44,193 nucleotides of DNA from assembly GCA_035269625.1 (NCBI GenBank), contig DATFIX010000311.1, forward strand, positions 1-44,193, read 5' to 3'. A program made the translations under genes and the position numbers. The stretch is from Natrialbaceae archaeon (GTDB lineage Archaea > Halobacteriota > Halobacteria > Halobacteriales > Natrialbaceae). The notes beneath the pieces are model-generated. The model was not told the origin of the DNA. It searched no databases and saw only the letters and a program-made list of their open reading frames with translations. Within the stretch, counting starts at the first letter, position 1, and each line of letters begins with the position of its first letter. This document shows positions 9,676 through 18,898 of the stretch, piece by piece.

Positions 9676-11235
9676 CTACAGCGGGATGTTGCCGTGTTTC
9701 TTCTCGGGGAGCTCCTCGCGCTTGGACTTGACGAGCTCGAAGTCCTCGATGAGCTTCTTGCGGGTCTTCTTGGGCTCGATGACGTCGTCGATGTAGCCGC
9801 GGTCGGCGGCGACGTAGGGGTTGGCGAACTTGTCGCGGAACTCGTCGATGAGTTCCTGGCGACGTTCCTCGGTCGCTTCCTCGCCGTCGATCTCGCCGAG
9901 TTCCTTGCGGTAGAGGACGTTGACTGCCTGTCGCGGGCCCATGACCGCGATTTCGGAGGTCGGCCACGCGTAGTTGATGTCGGCCCCGAGCTGCTTGGAG
10001 GCCATGACACAGTACGCGCCACCGTAGGCCTTCCGCGTGATGACGGTCAGCAGCGGAACGGTCGCCTCGGAGTAGGCGTACAGGAGCTTCGAGCCGTGGC
10101 GGATGATGCCGCGGTGCTCCTGGTCGGTCCCGGGCATGTAGCCGGGGACGTCGACGAACGTCAGGATCGGGATGTTGAACGCGTCACAGAACCGGACGAA
10201 CCGGGACGCCTTCCACGAGGAATCGACGGTCAGGGTACCGGCGTTGACGCGAGGCTGGTTGCCCACGACGCCGACCGAGTGACCGTCGAGTCGGCCGAAC
10301 CCGACGACGATCTCCTGGGCAAACTGCTCGGCGACCTCGAAGAACGAGTCCTCGTCGACGACGTTGCCGATGACGTCCTTGATGTCGTAGGGCTTCTGGG
10401 GATCGTCCGGAACGATCGAGTTGAGCGCTTCGGGCTCCTTCTCGGGGTCGTCCCACGGGTCGACCCGCGGCGGGTCCTCGACGTTGTTCTGCGGGAGGTA
10501 CGAGAGGAGGTAGCGGATCTTGTCGAGGGCGTCCTCGTCGTCCTCGCAGGCGAACTGGGCAACGCCGGTGTCGCTGGTGTGGACCTGCGCCCCGCCCAGT
10601 TCCTGGTGCGTGACCTCCTCGCCGGTGACCGTCTTGATGACGTCCGGCCCGGTGATGTACATCTGGCTCGACTCCTTCACCATGAAGATGAAGTCCGTCA
10701 TCGCGGGGGAGTAAACGGCCCCGCCGGCGGACGGCCCCATGATGGCCGAGATCTGCGGGATGACGCCACTGGCCTCGGTGTTACGGCGGAAGATCTCCGC
10801 GTAACCGGCCAGACTGTCGACGCCCTCCTGGATCCGGGCACCGGCCGAGTCGTTCAGGCCGACGAACGGAACGCCCATCTCGACGGCCTTGTCCATCGCC
10901 TTGGTCACCTTCTCGGAGAAGACCTTGCTGAGGGACCCGCCGAAGACGGTGAAGTCGTGGGCGAAGGCCATGACCTTCCGGCCGTTGACCTCGCCGTAAC
11001 CGGTCACGACGCCGTCGCCGCGGACCTTGGTCTCCTCCATACCGAAGTTGGTACAGTCGTGAGTTCGAAGCTGGTCGAACTCAGTGAAGGTACCGTCGTC
11101 GAAGAAGTAATCGATCCGCTCGCGGGCAGTCATCTTGCCCTTGTCGTGCTGGCGCTCGATGCGCTCTTCTCCGCCGCCGAGTTCGGCCTCTTCGCGCAGT
11201 TCTTCGAGTTCTTCGATTCGATCTTCCATCGTCAT
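9676..11235 (-). CDS. Acyl-CoA carboxylase carboxyltransferase (beta) subunit
   Basis: Starts MTMEDRIEELEELREEAELGGGEERIERQHDKGKMTARERIDYFFD, with typical PccB/AccD5 motifs (GGSLS, AGARIQEG, MGPSAGGAVYSPA). The start is placed at the ATG at 11235, not at the ORF-track start 11322. Confidence 0.9.
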   Translation of the reverse strand: MTMEDRIEELEELREEAELGGGEERIERQHDKGKMTARERIDYFFDDGTFTEFDQLRTHDCTNFGMEETKVRGDGVVTGYGEVNGRKVMAFAHDFTVFGGSLSKVFSEKVTKAMDKAVEMGVPFVGLNDSAGARIQEGVDSLAGYAEIFRRNTEASGVIPQISAIMGPSAGGAVYSPAMTDFIFMVKESSQMYITGPDVIKTVTGEEVTHQELGGAQVHTSDTGVAQFACEDDEDALDKIRYLLSYLPQNNVEDPPRVDPWDDPEKEPEALNSIVPDDPQKPYDIKDVIGNVVDEDSFFEVAEQFAQEIVVGFGRLDGHSVGVVGNQPRVNAGTLTVDSSWKASRFVRFCDAFNIPILTFVDVPGYMPGTDQEHRGIIRHGSKLLYAYSEATVPLLTVITRKAYGGAYCVMASKQLGADINYAWPTSEIAVMGPRQAVNVLYRKELGEIDGEEATEERRQELIDEFRDKFANPYVAADRGYIDDVIEPKKTRKKLIEDFELVKSKREELPEKKHGNIPL

Positions 11236-11620
11236 GGTCTGAACCACCCGGAACTCATTGATGAATTCCACTCTGAGGGGGCGGAAAAGGTTTCTGTAAT
11301 TCCGCCTAATAGCCGCCCCCATTTAAATGAATTCGCGAGGATTGCATCACATCGGCCCAGGACCATATCAGATTCGATACGATATAGTCGATATTCGTCG
11401 AAAGTCCCGGAAAAATATCATCCTATAAACTATTTTTCCGATTCTATGGGGTCTCGGCAGAAAGGCAGGTTTGTCTCGCGCACGCGGACCTCTCGGAGAA
11501 ACTATGATAGTTAATGCCAGTCACGGGACTGGTCGAACGATGCCGGAAAAATCTGCCAAGTATAAACGGAAATCCGACAGGTAATTCGTGAAAGGGATCA
11601 GATAAAAAACCTCAGCCGAT

Positions 11621-12355
11621 CTACAGGACCTCGTCGAAATCCTTGTGGCCCTCGATCTCGACCCCTTCCTCGGTGATTTCGGCGAGGAAAATGCCGTTGC
11701 CGGATCCGGTGTCGCGTTCGACGGCGGAGACGATGCCCTGCGCGGCGACCGTCCGCGCCTCCTCGAGGGTGAGGTCGTCGGTGTACTCCTGTTCGAGGGT
11801 ACCGTAGGCGAGTTGCATCCCACTGCCAGTCACCGTGTAGTCGTCCTCCATCACGCCGCCGGCAGGATCGACGTTGTAGACGTGCGACCCATCGTCGTCC
11901 ACGCCGCCCAGGATGGGATTGACGAGGAAGAAGGGACCGCCACGGAGGAAGTTACCGGCCAGCGTCGAGAGCGCCTGCATCGACATCTCCTCGCCGCGGC
12001 GAGCCTCGTAGAGGTTCGCCTCCGCACGAATCGACCGGATGAACGACTGGGCACCGCCGACGGAACCGGCCATCGTCAGGGCGGCCCGCGGGTGGATCTG
12101 TTCGACCTTCTGGACGTCCTTGTTCGCGACGAACCGGCCGCCGAGCGAGGCCCGCATGTCCGTCGCCATCACGACGCCCTCCGGCGTCGTCAGGCCGATG
12201 GTCGTGGTGCCGGTCTTGGTGACGTTCTCCAGGTCCTCCTCGGAGATGTCCGAGGTCGGGAGGGAGCCGACTTCCGGCGCGTACGGGTCGGACGGCCCGT
12301 TCGAGAATCGATTCGCGTTCGGGGGCACGTCGGAGTCGCGGGTAGGGTGACGCAT
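11621..12355 (-). CDS. psmB: Proteasome subunit beta
   Basis: Propeptide followed by the mature N-terminus GTTTIGL...MATDMRAS...GSVGGAQSF. Archaeal 20S beta subunit. Start at MRHPTRD. Confidence 0.9.
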   Translation of the reverse strand: MRHPTRDSDVPPNANRFSNGPSDPYAPEVGSLPTSDISEEDLENVTKTGTTTIGLTTPEGVVMATDMRASLGGRFVANKDVQKVEQIHPRAALTMAGSVGGAQSFIRSIRAEANLYEARRGEEMSMQALSTLAGNFLRGGPFFLVNPILGGVDDDGSHVYNVDPAGGVMEDDYTVTGSGMQLAYGTLEQEYTDDLTLEEARTVAAQGIVSAVERDTGSGNGIFLAEITEEGVEIEGHKDFDEVL

Positions 12356-12491
12356 TACCGACACCGTACGGCCGTCGCGATATAAAAGACCGATGGTCAG
12401 CGTCAACCGTGCCGGTTGCACGTGCGGGTAGCCCCGTCGCTACCGGGATGATGGCGTCGGAGAATCCGTTCGCGTCGTTCGATCCCTGGCG

Positions 12492-12671
12492 TTATCGCGT
12501 CGCGTTTGCGGTTCCCTCGTAGACCTCGCCGACCCGGTCGATGAACCGGTGGACCGGAAGGACGACTCCCATCCGTCGGAACGCTATCGCGACCGGCAGG
12601 AGCACGATGCCCAGGGTAATACTCAGTTGGTACGCCGCGAGCAGGGCAAACCGTTTCACCCGTTGTATCAT
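12492..12671 (-). CDS. Small hypothetical membrane protein (59 aa)
   Basis: ORF MIQRVKRFALLAAYQLSITLGIVLLPVAIAFRRMGVVLPVHRFIDRVGEVYEGTANATR, not in the ORF track. A strong TATA-like CTTATATACG lies 31-40 nt upstream on the minus strand (12702-12711), which would fit a leaderless transcript. Confidence 0.4.
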   Translation of the reverse strand: MIQRVKRFALLAAYQLSITLGIVLLPVAIAFRRMGVVLPVHRFIDRVGEVYEGTANATR

Positions 12672-12945
12672 CGTCGTTCGAGTGGACCTCGACCGAGGAG
12701 CGTATATAAGCCTTGTTGCGAGATCGAATTCATAATAGTCTATAATTCAGATAAACCTCGCCGCTGTCTAGCGATTCAACTACGCTTGGATCAACGACAA
12801 GTAAATGATAGACTGGGGCGAACCACACTTATGCATTCCAGGGGCGAACCAGGCCATCCCCATAAGTTATGGCGATGATCGCGCTTGCATGCGCGCCCGA
12901 GGCGAAACCACAAAGCAAGAAACCCTCCGTCTCACAGGAGGTCAC

Positions 12946-13305
12946 ATGGGAAACTACTTCGTCGGGCTGGAAGCCGCGTGGGTGGTCAACGACGTCGAGA
13001 CGATCGACGATGCGATCGGGATCGCGGTCAGCGAGGCCGGACGTCGCCTCAACGAGATGGATCTCGAGTACGTCGAGGTCGACGTGGCCCCCGCGTACTG
13101 TCCGGTCTGTGGGGAACCGTGGGACGGCGTCTACGAGGTGGCCGGAACCGCACTGGTGGGCCTGGCGCTCGAAATCGAGGTCTACAACGTCGAGAGCCGC
13201 GAGCACGCCCAGCGCGTGGCGAAAAGCGACATCGGTGGCGCGCTCAAGGGCGTTCCCCTGGAGGTCGTCGAGACGATGGAACTCGACGACGACGAGGAAG
13301 CCTGA
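12946..13305 (+). CDS. DUF555/UPF0212 family archaeal protein
   Basis: MGNYFVGLEAAWVVNDVETIDDAIGIAVSEAGRRLN...CPVCGEPWDG, with an acidic tail. SD-like CAGGAGGTCAC lies directly upstream. Confidence 0.75.
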   Translation: MGNYFVGLEAAWVVNDVETIDDAIGIAVSEAGRRLNEMDLEYVEVDVAPAYCPVCGEPWDGVYEVAGTALVGLALEIEVYNVESREHAQRVAKSDIGGALKGVPLEVVETMELDDDEEA

Positions 13306-13363
13306 CTCGCACGGGAGACTGCACGGAGGAACCTTTATTTCATAACCCGAAGTAATCGCGGGT

Positions 13364-13903
13364 ATGGAACTTCCGACGCCCGCGGATCTCCGAGAACGCC
13401 GGACCGAACTGGGGCTCACGCAGAGCGAACTCGCCGACCGGGCCGACGTCTCGCAACCGCTCATCGCCCGCATCGAGGGCGGTGACGTCGATCCCCGGCT
13501 CTCGACGCTCCGGCGGATCGTCAACGCGCTCGACGAGGCCGAGGGCGAAGTCATCCGCGCGGAAGACCTAATGCACGAGGCGGTCGTCAGCGTCACGCCG
13601 AGCGACGACATCCGAACCGCGGTCCACCGCATGGAGGAAGAGGCCTACTCGCAATTGCCGGTCATCCAGGACGGCGTGCCGGTGGGATCGATCAGTCAGA
13701 GCGACCTCGTCCATCTGGACGAGGCCGCGCGCGACGAACCGGTGGGAGAACACATGAGCGAGAGTTTTCCGACGGTGTCGACCGACGCGACGCTCGACGA
13801 GATCAGCAGTCTGCTCGATCACTACAAGGCCGTCATGGTGACGGACAACGGCGATACGGTCGGTATCGTCACCGAGGCGGACCTGGCCGCGCGTCTCTCC
13901 TGA
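13364..13903 (+). CDS. XRE-type HTH plus CBS-pair domain transcriptional regulator
   Basis: N-terminal LRERRTELGLTQSELADRADVSQPLIARIEGG (HTH_3), followed by two CBS motifs. Confidence 0.85.
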   Translation: MELPTPADLRERRTELGLTQSELADRADVSQPLIARIEGGDVDPRLSTLRRIVNALDEAEGEVIRAEDLMHEAVVSVTPSDDIRTAVHRMEEEAYSQLPVIQDGVPVGSISQSDLVHLDEAARDEPVGEHMSESFPTVSTDATLDEISSLLDHYKAVMVTDNGDTVGIVTEADLAARLS

Positions 13904-13927
13904 TCGCGAAACTCCCAGGAATCCGGC

Positions 13928-14926
13928 TCAATCCAGCGTCAGGCCCCGAATCCGGACCTGACCCTCCCCCTCGTCTGCTTCCACCGTTCCGATCACTCGG
14001 CCGTCGGTTGCGTCTGCGAGGTCGCGGGCACCGTCTTCGGTCGGGACCGCCGCGACGAACCCGGTCCCCATGTTGAAGGTCCGGTGCATCTCCTCGTCCG
14101 TGACGTCGCCCAGTTCCTGGACGAACTCGAAGATAGGCTGGGCGTCGAAGGGATCGTCGATCCCATAGTGGTGTGATCCCATCCGGGTCAGGTTCGTCCA
14201 CCCGCCGCCGGTGACGTGGGCCGCCGCGCGGACGTCGTACTCGCGCATCGGGCCGAGCAGATCGGTGTAAAGACGGGTCGGTTCGAGTAACTCCTCGCCG
14301 ATCGTCCGGTCGGGGTTCGGCGGAAACGGGTCGTCGTACTCGTATTCGCGGGTGACTGCAGTCCGGGCGAGCGTCAGTCCGTTCGAGTGAATCCCACTGG
14401 AGGCCCATCCAACGAGGACGTCACCCGGCTTTGCTTCACCGTCGAAGACTGCGTCCTTCGGTGCGAGTCCCGCACAGGTCCCCGCGAGGTCGAACCCGGT
14501 GACGACTTCGGGCATGACCGCCGTCTCCCCGCCCAGCACGGCCACGCCGGCCGTCTCGGCCCCGGCAGCGAGTCCTCTGCCCACTTCTTCGGACACCGTT
14601 TCGTCGGGTTCGTCCACGGCCAGATAGTCGACGAAGGCCACCGGGTCCACGCCGGCCGCGACCAGGTCGTTGGCGTTCATCGCGATGCAGTCGATCCCTA
14701 CCGTGGAGTAGTCCTCGATGGCCTCGGCGACGAGCAGTTTCGTCCCCACGCCGTCGGTTGCCAGCCCGAGGTACCGGTCCCCGATGTCCAGCAGGCCGGC
14801 GTACTCGGTCTCGACCACGCTCCCGAGCGCCTCGATGACGGAGGCCGTCGCCGCCTCGCTCGCGTCGATGTCGACGCCGGCCTCGGCGTACGTGAGTCCC
14901 TCTTCCTCGGTGTCCTCCTCGGTCAT
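13928..14926 (-). CDS. purM: Phosphoribosylformylglycinamidine cyclo-ligase (AIR synthetase)
   Basis: LTYAEAGVDIDA...ATDGVGTKLLVAE...GIDCIAMNANDLV...HITGGG-like AHVTGGGWTNL. Start at MTEEDTEEE. Confidence 0.9.
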   Translation of the reverse strand: MTEEDTEEEGLTYAEAGVDIDASEAATASVIEALGSVVETEYAGLLDIGDRYLGLATDGVGTKLLVAEAIEDYSTVGIDCIAMNANDLVAAGVDPVAFVDYLAVDEPDETVSEEVGRGLAAGAETAGVAVLGGETAVMPEVVTGFDLAGTCAGLAPKDAVFDGEAKPGDVLVGWASSGIHSNGLTLARTAVTREYEYDDPFPPNPDRTIGEELLEPTRLYTDLLGPMREYDVRAAAHVTGGGWTNLTRMGSHHYGIDDPFDAQPIFEFVQELGDVTDEEMHRTFNMGTGFVAAVPTEDGARDLADATDGRVIGTVEADEGEGQVRIRGLTLD

Positions 14927-14979
14927 GCGGGAATCGCCGCCCGCGGCGAGCAAAAGTGCTCCGGTCGGCCCGGAATAAC

Positions 14980-16743
14980 TCACGCCCCGGTGTCAGCGTC
15001 TTCGGACCGCCCCTGTTCGCCTTCCGTCTCCTCGCTGTCATCCCCATCCTCGAACAGGCCGTGTTCGCGTGCGCGACGCCGCCAGAACTCCTCGTATCCT
15101 TCTTCCTCGCGCATGCGCGTGACCGTACTCTCGCCGCTTCGAACTTGGTCGAGTTTGAGGTTCACCTCGTCCAGCAGGGCCTCCGCGACGTCGGTGCTGA
15201 TCAGGCCGTCGCGTTCGGCACTCCTGACGGCGCTTCGCTCGCGGGTGAGCACCTGTCGCTCGCCGACGATCCGCTCTCGATCCCGGATTTCGGGATGGGT
15301 CGAGAGCAGTTCGGAGATCGCCTCGTTGAGATCCGCCTTCTCGGCCCCGTACTCGCGTTCGAAGCGTTCGTGGACCGCCCGCGGGATCCGTCCCTCGTCG
15401 TAGAGCCCTTCGGCAGCCTCGATGGCCGCGTCGACAGCACGGGCTCGTCCCACGAGGAGTTGATAGAGGCGTTCCTCCTCGGTGGTCGTGACGATCCCCA
15501 GGCGATCGACGAGCCACCCCATCGAGAGCCCCTGGACGACGAGGCTGAACGCCGCGATTCCAAAGACGAGCACCCGGAACTGTGCGCGATGCGGGAACGG
15601 AACCCCGGATTCGAGCGTCGTCGGGAGCCCGAGCACCAGCGCGATCGGGATCGACGCGTGCAGGCCGCCCCAGACGAGGACGTGCTGGTAGTCCAGCGAG
15701 ATCTCGCGCTGAGAGAACCGACTCAGAATCGTGGCCAGCGGGTACACGGCAACGGCCCGGCCGACGAGCACGAGGACGATGGCCGGCAACAGGAGTTCCG
15801 CGTTCTCGATGATCTGGCGGAGCGGGGTCTTGACGCCGATCAGGACGAAGATGAACGTGTTGACTATGAAGGCGGCGGTTTCCCAGGTGTTGAACACCGA
15901 CAGTTTGGTTCGCGGGCTCATGGCGTATTCGGCACCGCGGTTGCCGATGAACAGGCCGGCGACGACCGTCGCGATGACGCCGCTGAAGTGATACTCGGCG
16001 AGCAACCGGCTGACGTAGTGTTCGGCGAGCAGGAAGCTCCCGTAGGCGAGGACGATCGTCAGCACGATCTCGGTCATGTGCTCGTCGAGGTTGACCATCA
16101 CCCGGTAGACCGAGTACCCAGCGAGAAAGCCGACGACGGCCCCGCCCGCGCTCGCGATGAAGATACCGAGGAACAGGTCGCCGACTGCTTCCATCGTCAC
16201 CGCCTCGACGGTCGTCCCGGCCACGATCAGTTCGAGCAGGGCGGCGTACACGACGACGCCGACCCCGTCGTTCAGCAGGCTCTCGCCCTCCACCAGCACC
16301 GAGAGTCGGTCTGGAGCGCCGAGTTCCTCGAACAGCGCCAGGACCGAAACGGGGTCGGTCGGGAGGACGATCGTGGCAAACAAAAGCGCGACGAGCGGGG
16401 CGAACCCGAAGGCGTAGTGCACGCCAACGCCGACGAAGCCGATGGAGATGCCCAGGCCGACGACCGCCAGGAGGAGAATCGCCGAGAGGTTCCGCCGGAA
16501 GTACTCGATGTCGGTGGTGGCTGCTCCCTGAAAGAGCAGTGGCGGCAGCAGTACCAGCAAAATGACGTCGTGGGTGAGCTCGATGTCGAGCGTGACGCCC
16601 GCGAGCGAGGCGAAGAAGCCGGCGACTAGCAGGGCAACGGTGTAGGGAAAGCGCCCGACCTTGGCGACGAAGATGCCGACCCCGGCCGCGATGATAAACA
16701 CGGCGATCACGTCGATCAGGCCGGCTTCGATGCCCGTCACCAT
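14980..16743 (-). CDS. Na+/H+ (cation:proton) antiporter, CPA1 family, with a C-terminal cytoplasmic domain
   Basis: About 11-12 TM helices and the motif LPTDPVSVLALFEELGAPDRLSVLVEGESLLNDG. Roughly 170-aa soluble acidic tail. Confidence 0.85.
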   Translation of the reverse strand: MVTGIEAGLIDVIAVFIIAAGVGIFVAKVGRFPYTVALLVAGFFASLAGVTLDIELTHDVILLVLLPPLLFQGAATTDIEYFRRNLSAILLLAVVGLGISIGFVGVGVHYAFGFAPLVALLFATIVLPTDPVSVLALFEELGAPDRLSVLVEGESLLNDGVGVVVYAALLELIVAGTTVEAVTMEAVGDLFLGIFIASAGGAVVGFLAGYSVYRVMVNLDEHMTEIVLTIVLAYGSFLLAEHYVSRLLAEYHFSGVIATVVAGLFIGNRGAEYAMSPRTKLSVFNTWETAAFIVNTFIFVLIGVKTPLRQIIENAELLLPAIVLVLVGRAVAVYPLATILSRFSQREISLDYQHVLVWGGLHASIPIALVLGLPTTLESGVPFPHRAQFRVLVFGIAAFSLVVQGLSMGWLVDRLGIVTTTEEERLYQLLVGRARAVDAAIEAAEGLYDEGRIPRAVHERFEREYGAEKADLNEAISELLSTHPEIRDRERIVGERQVLTRERSAVRSAERDGLISTDVAEALLDEVNLKLDQVRSGESTVTRMREEEGYEEFWRRRAREHGLFEDGDDSEETEGEQGRSEDADTGA

Positions 16744-16882
16744 GCGGACGCCTCCGTCTCCGCAATCGGGAGCGGGGACGAGACCGATACTGCGACGCCT
16801 GGCCGAGTCATGTATTCACGACTGGCGCGCCGACCGAGATAAGCGTCGGGGGATCGAACGCCGCTGTTTGGGGCGACCGATC

Positions 16883-18235
16883 TCACTCGGGAACGACGTA
16901 CGACCCGAGAACGGCTGACTGCCCGTCCTCCCCGTTCCAGACGAGGCTGACCTGGCTTCCCGCGTCCACGGTCCGGTTGGTCACGTACCGATCGCCAGCC
17001 ATGATCCCCTCGCCGGCCTCCCAGCGTTCGGTCAGGTTGTCGCCGTCGTGCTGGTACCTGACCAGAAGACCGTCCCGGATCTCGTCGCCGGACGTGTGGG
17101 TGATCTCGACGTTCCCGTCCTCACGGTGCGTGAATTCGAACGCCACCTGGGGAACGGAGACCTCCTGGCTGGCCGACGCGCTCCCCGACACGGTCGCGGT
17201 GCCGGTGAGGCCGAACCCGAACAGCCGGTAGGCCTGGAAGAACTCCTCGGTGTCGCCGGTTGCCGTGACGAGGAGGGTTCGGCCGTCTTTGGAAACGGAT
17301 CGGTCTTCGAGCTGATCCTCCGCCCGGTCGCCCCACTCCTCGACGTTGTCGAAGACGGCTTCGACGTCGTCCGTCGAAGCGGCGTCGCCGTCCTCGTAGA
17401 CGAACGCCATCGTGTGTTCGACCGTGTCGCCGTCCACGTCGCTGGCCACGCCGGCCGCGACGAGGTCGTCGACGGCCTCGACGAGCTCGTCGGGCGTCCC
17501 CTCGTTCGCCATCGTCGTGGGGTCCGTGTCGAAGGCGCCACCCAGGACGAGGGTCGCGTCCCCGAGTTGTGAGACGAGTTCGCCGGCGTCCTCGTTGCCC
17601 TCCCCGAGGGAATCGACGTCGCCCTCTTCGGCGTCCAGCATCGTACTCACGGCGTCCATGCTCGACGCTTCCGGGGCCTGCATGCCGCCCATCACGACGT
17701 GGTCCTCGGAGACGGCGATGGTCGCCGAGTTCGTGTCGGGATCGCCCTCCGCGTACTGGCGTTGCTGGGTCCGCGTGTAGAACGTGTACTCGCCGTGCGT
17801 GCTCTTCTCGAATTCGTCCGTGCTCTCCTCCTCGATCTCCGCGGTGATCTTCCCGGCGTCAAACTCGCCGGTAACGACCATCGACCCGCCACCGAGGTCT
17901 CGCTTGGGGTGGCCGTAGGCGATGCCCGTCACGCTTTGCATGGTCTCCAGGTCGACCACCTCGACGTTCTCGTTCGCTTTCTCGACCTGCTGCATCATCT
18001 TCTCCGGGACAGACTCCTCGTTCTCATAGATGCTGTGGAGATCGAACGTCCCGAATCCGACGTAGTCCGAGTCGTGGACTTCGGTAGGATCGTAGAGCCA
18101 TTTCGCGTACCCCGGCGATTCGTCGCCGCTACCGACGGCGTCGTTCACGGTTTCGAGACACCCGGCCGTTCCAACGACGCCGAGGAGGGCTGCGAGTCCG
18201 CTGGTCTTCAGGAATGATCGTCGCGAGGACTGCAT
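16883..18235 (-). CDS. Tat-secreted lipoprotein of unknown function with a C-terminal pilin-type (DUF1628-like) domain
   Basis: Twin-arginine signal MQSSRRSFLKTSGLAALLGVVGTAGC (the lipobox Cys). Acidic body. The last roughly 95 aa (PQVAFEFTHREDGNVEITHTSGDEI...VSLVWNGEDGQSAVLGSY) resemble the globular part of archaeal type IV pilin-like proteins. Confidence 0.75.
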   Translation of the reverse strand: MQSSRRSFLKTSGLAALLGVVGTAGCLETVNDAVGSGDESPGYAKWLYDPTEVHDSDYVGFGTFDLHSIYENEESVPEKMMQQVEKANENVEVVDLETMQSVTGIAYGHPKRDLGGGSMVVTGEFDAGKITAEIEEESTDEFEKSTHGEYTFYTRTQQRQYAEGDPDTNSATIAVSEDHVVMGGMQAPEASSMDAVSTMLDAEEGDVDSLGEGNEDAGELVSQLGDATLVLGGAFDTDPTTMANEGTPDELVEAVDDLVAAGVASDVDGDTVEHTMAFVYEDGDAASTDDVEAVFDNVEEWGDRAEDQLEDRSVSKDGRTLLVTATGDTEEFFQAYRLFGFGLTGTATVSGSASASQEVSVPQVAFEFTHREDGNVEITHTSGDEIRDGLLVRYQHDGDNLTERWEAGEGIMAGDRYVTNRTVDAGSQVSLVWNGEDGQSAVLGSYVVPE

Positions 18236-18298
18236 ACACCGATCCCAGGCCTCCCGTCACAAGTAGGTTCCGTCACAGGACCGCCTCGACAGGTCGTC

Positions 18299-18898
18299 TC
18301 AACCGATCAGCGGCCCGACGAACACGAACAGCGCGAGCGCCAGGCTTGGAACGAACACGGCGACGAAGACCGCCTTGTTCCACTGCACGACCGTCCGCCC
18401 GTCCAGCGGTCCGTACGGGGCCATGTTGAACGCGGCTAGGAGGGCGTTGATGAGGAGGCCGGTCCGTCCGACGAACCGGACGAGTTCCCCCGGTGCCAGC
18501 AGGAGCGCGGCGAAGGGGACGACCAGGGCGAGGTTCGTCACGGGGCCGGCCAGCGCGATCAATCCGCGTTCGCGGAGGCTGACCCGGCCCCGGTGGTGGA
18601 CTGCGCCCGGTGCGGCGACGAGGAAGCCCGCCATCGCGCTCAACAGCGTGAGCACGAGCATGTTGTAATCCGCCCGGAACTCGGCGACCTGCCCGAACCG
18701 AACGGCGACGACCTTGTGGGCGAGTTCGTGGAGCAGGAACCCGACGCCGGCAGTGGCGAACCCGATGCCGAACGGGAGCAACACTGCGCCACCGGCCAGC
18801 AAGGCACGGGGACCACCTGCCAGGAGGATGCCGAAGGCGACGCCGAGAACGACCCAGGCGATCGAGAAGTCCAGCAGTTCCTTCGTCGAGAACTTCAT
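18299..18898 (-). CDS. M50 family (site-2-protease-like) membrane metalloprotease
   Basis: HELAHKVVA zinc motif within a TM helix, a downstream LLAAFNMAPYGPLDG motif, and multiple TM segments. Its ATG overlaps the TraB stop (ATGA at 18895-18898). Confidence 0.8.
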   Translation of the reverse strand: MKFSTKELLDFSIAWVVLGVAFGILLAGGPRALLAGGAVLLPFGIGFATAGVGFLLHELAHKVVAVRFGQVAEFRADYNMLVLTLLSAMAGFLVAAPGAVHHRGRVSLRERGLIALAGPVTNLALVVPFAALLLAPGELVRFVGRTGLLINALLAAFNMAPYGPLDGRTVVQWNKAVFVAVFVPSLALALFVFVGPLIG

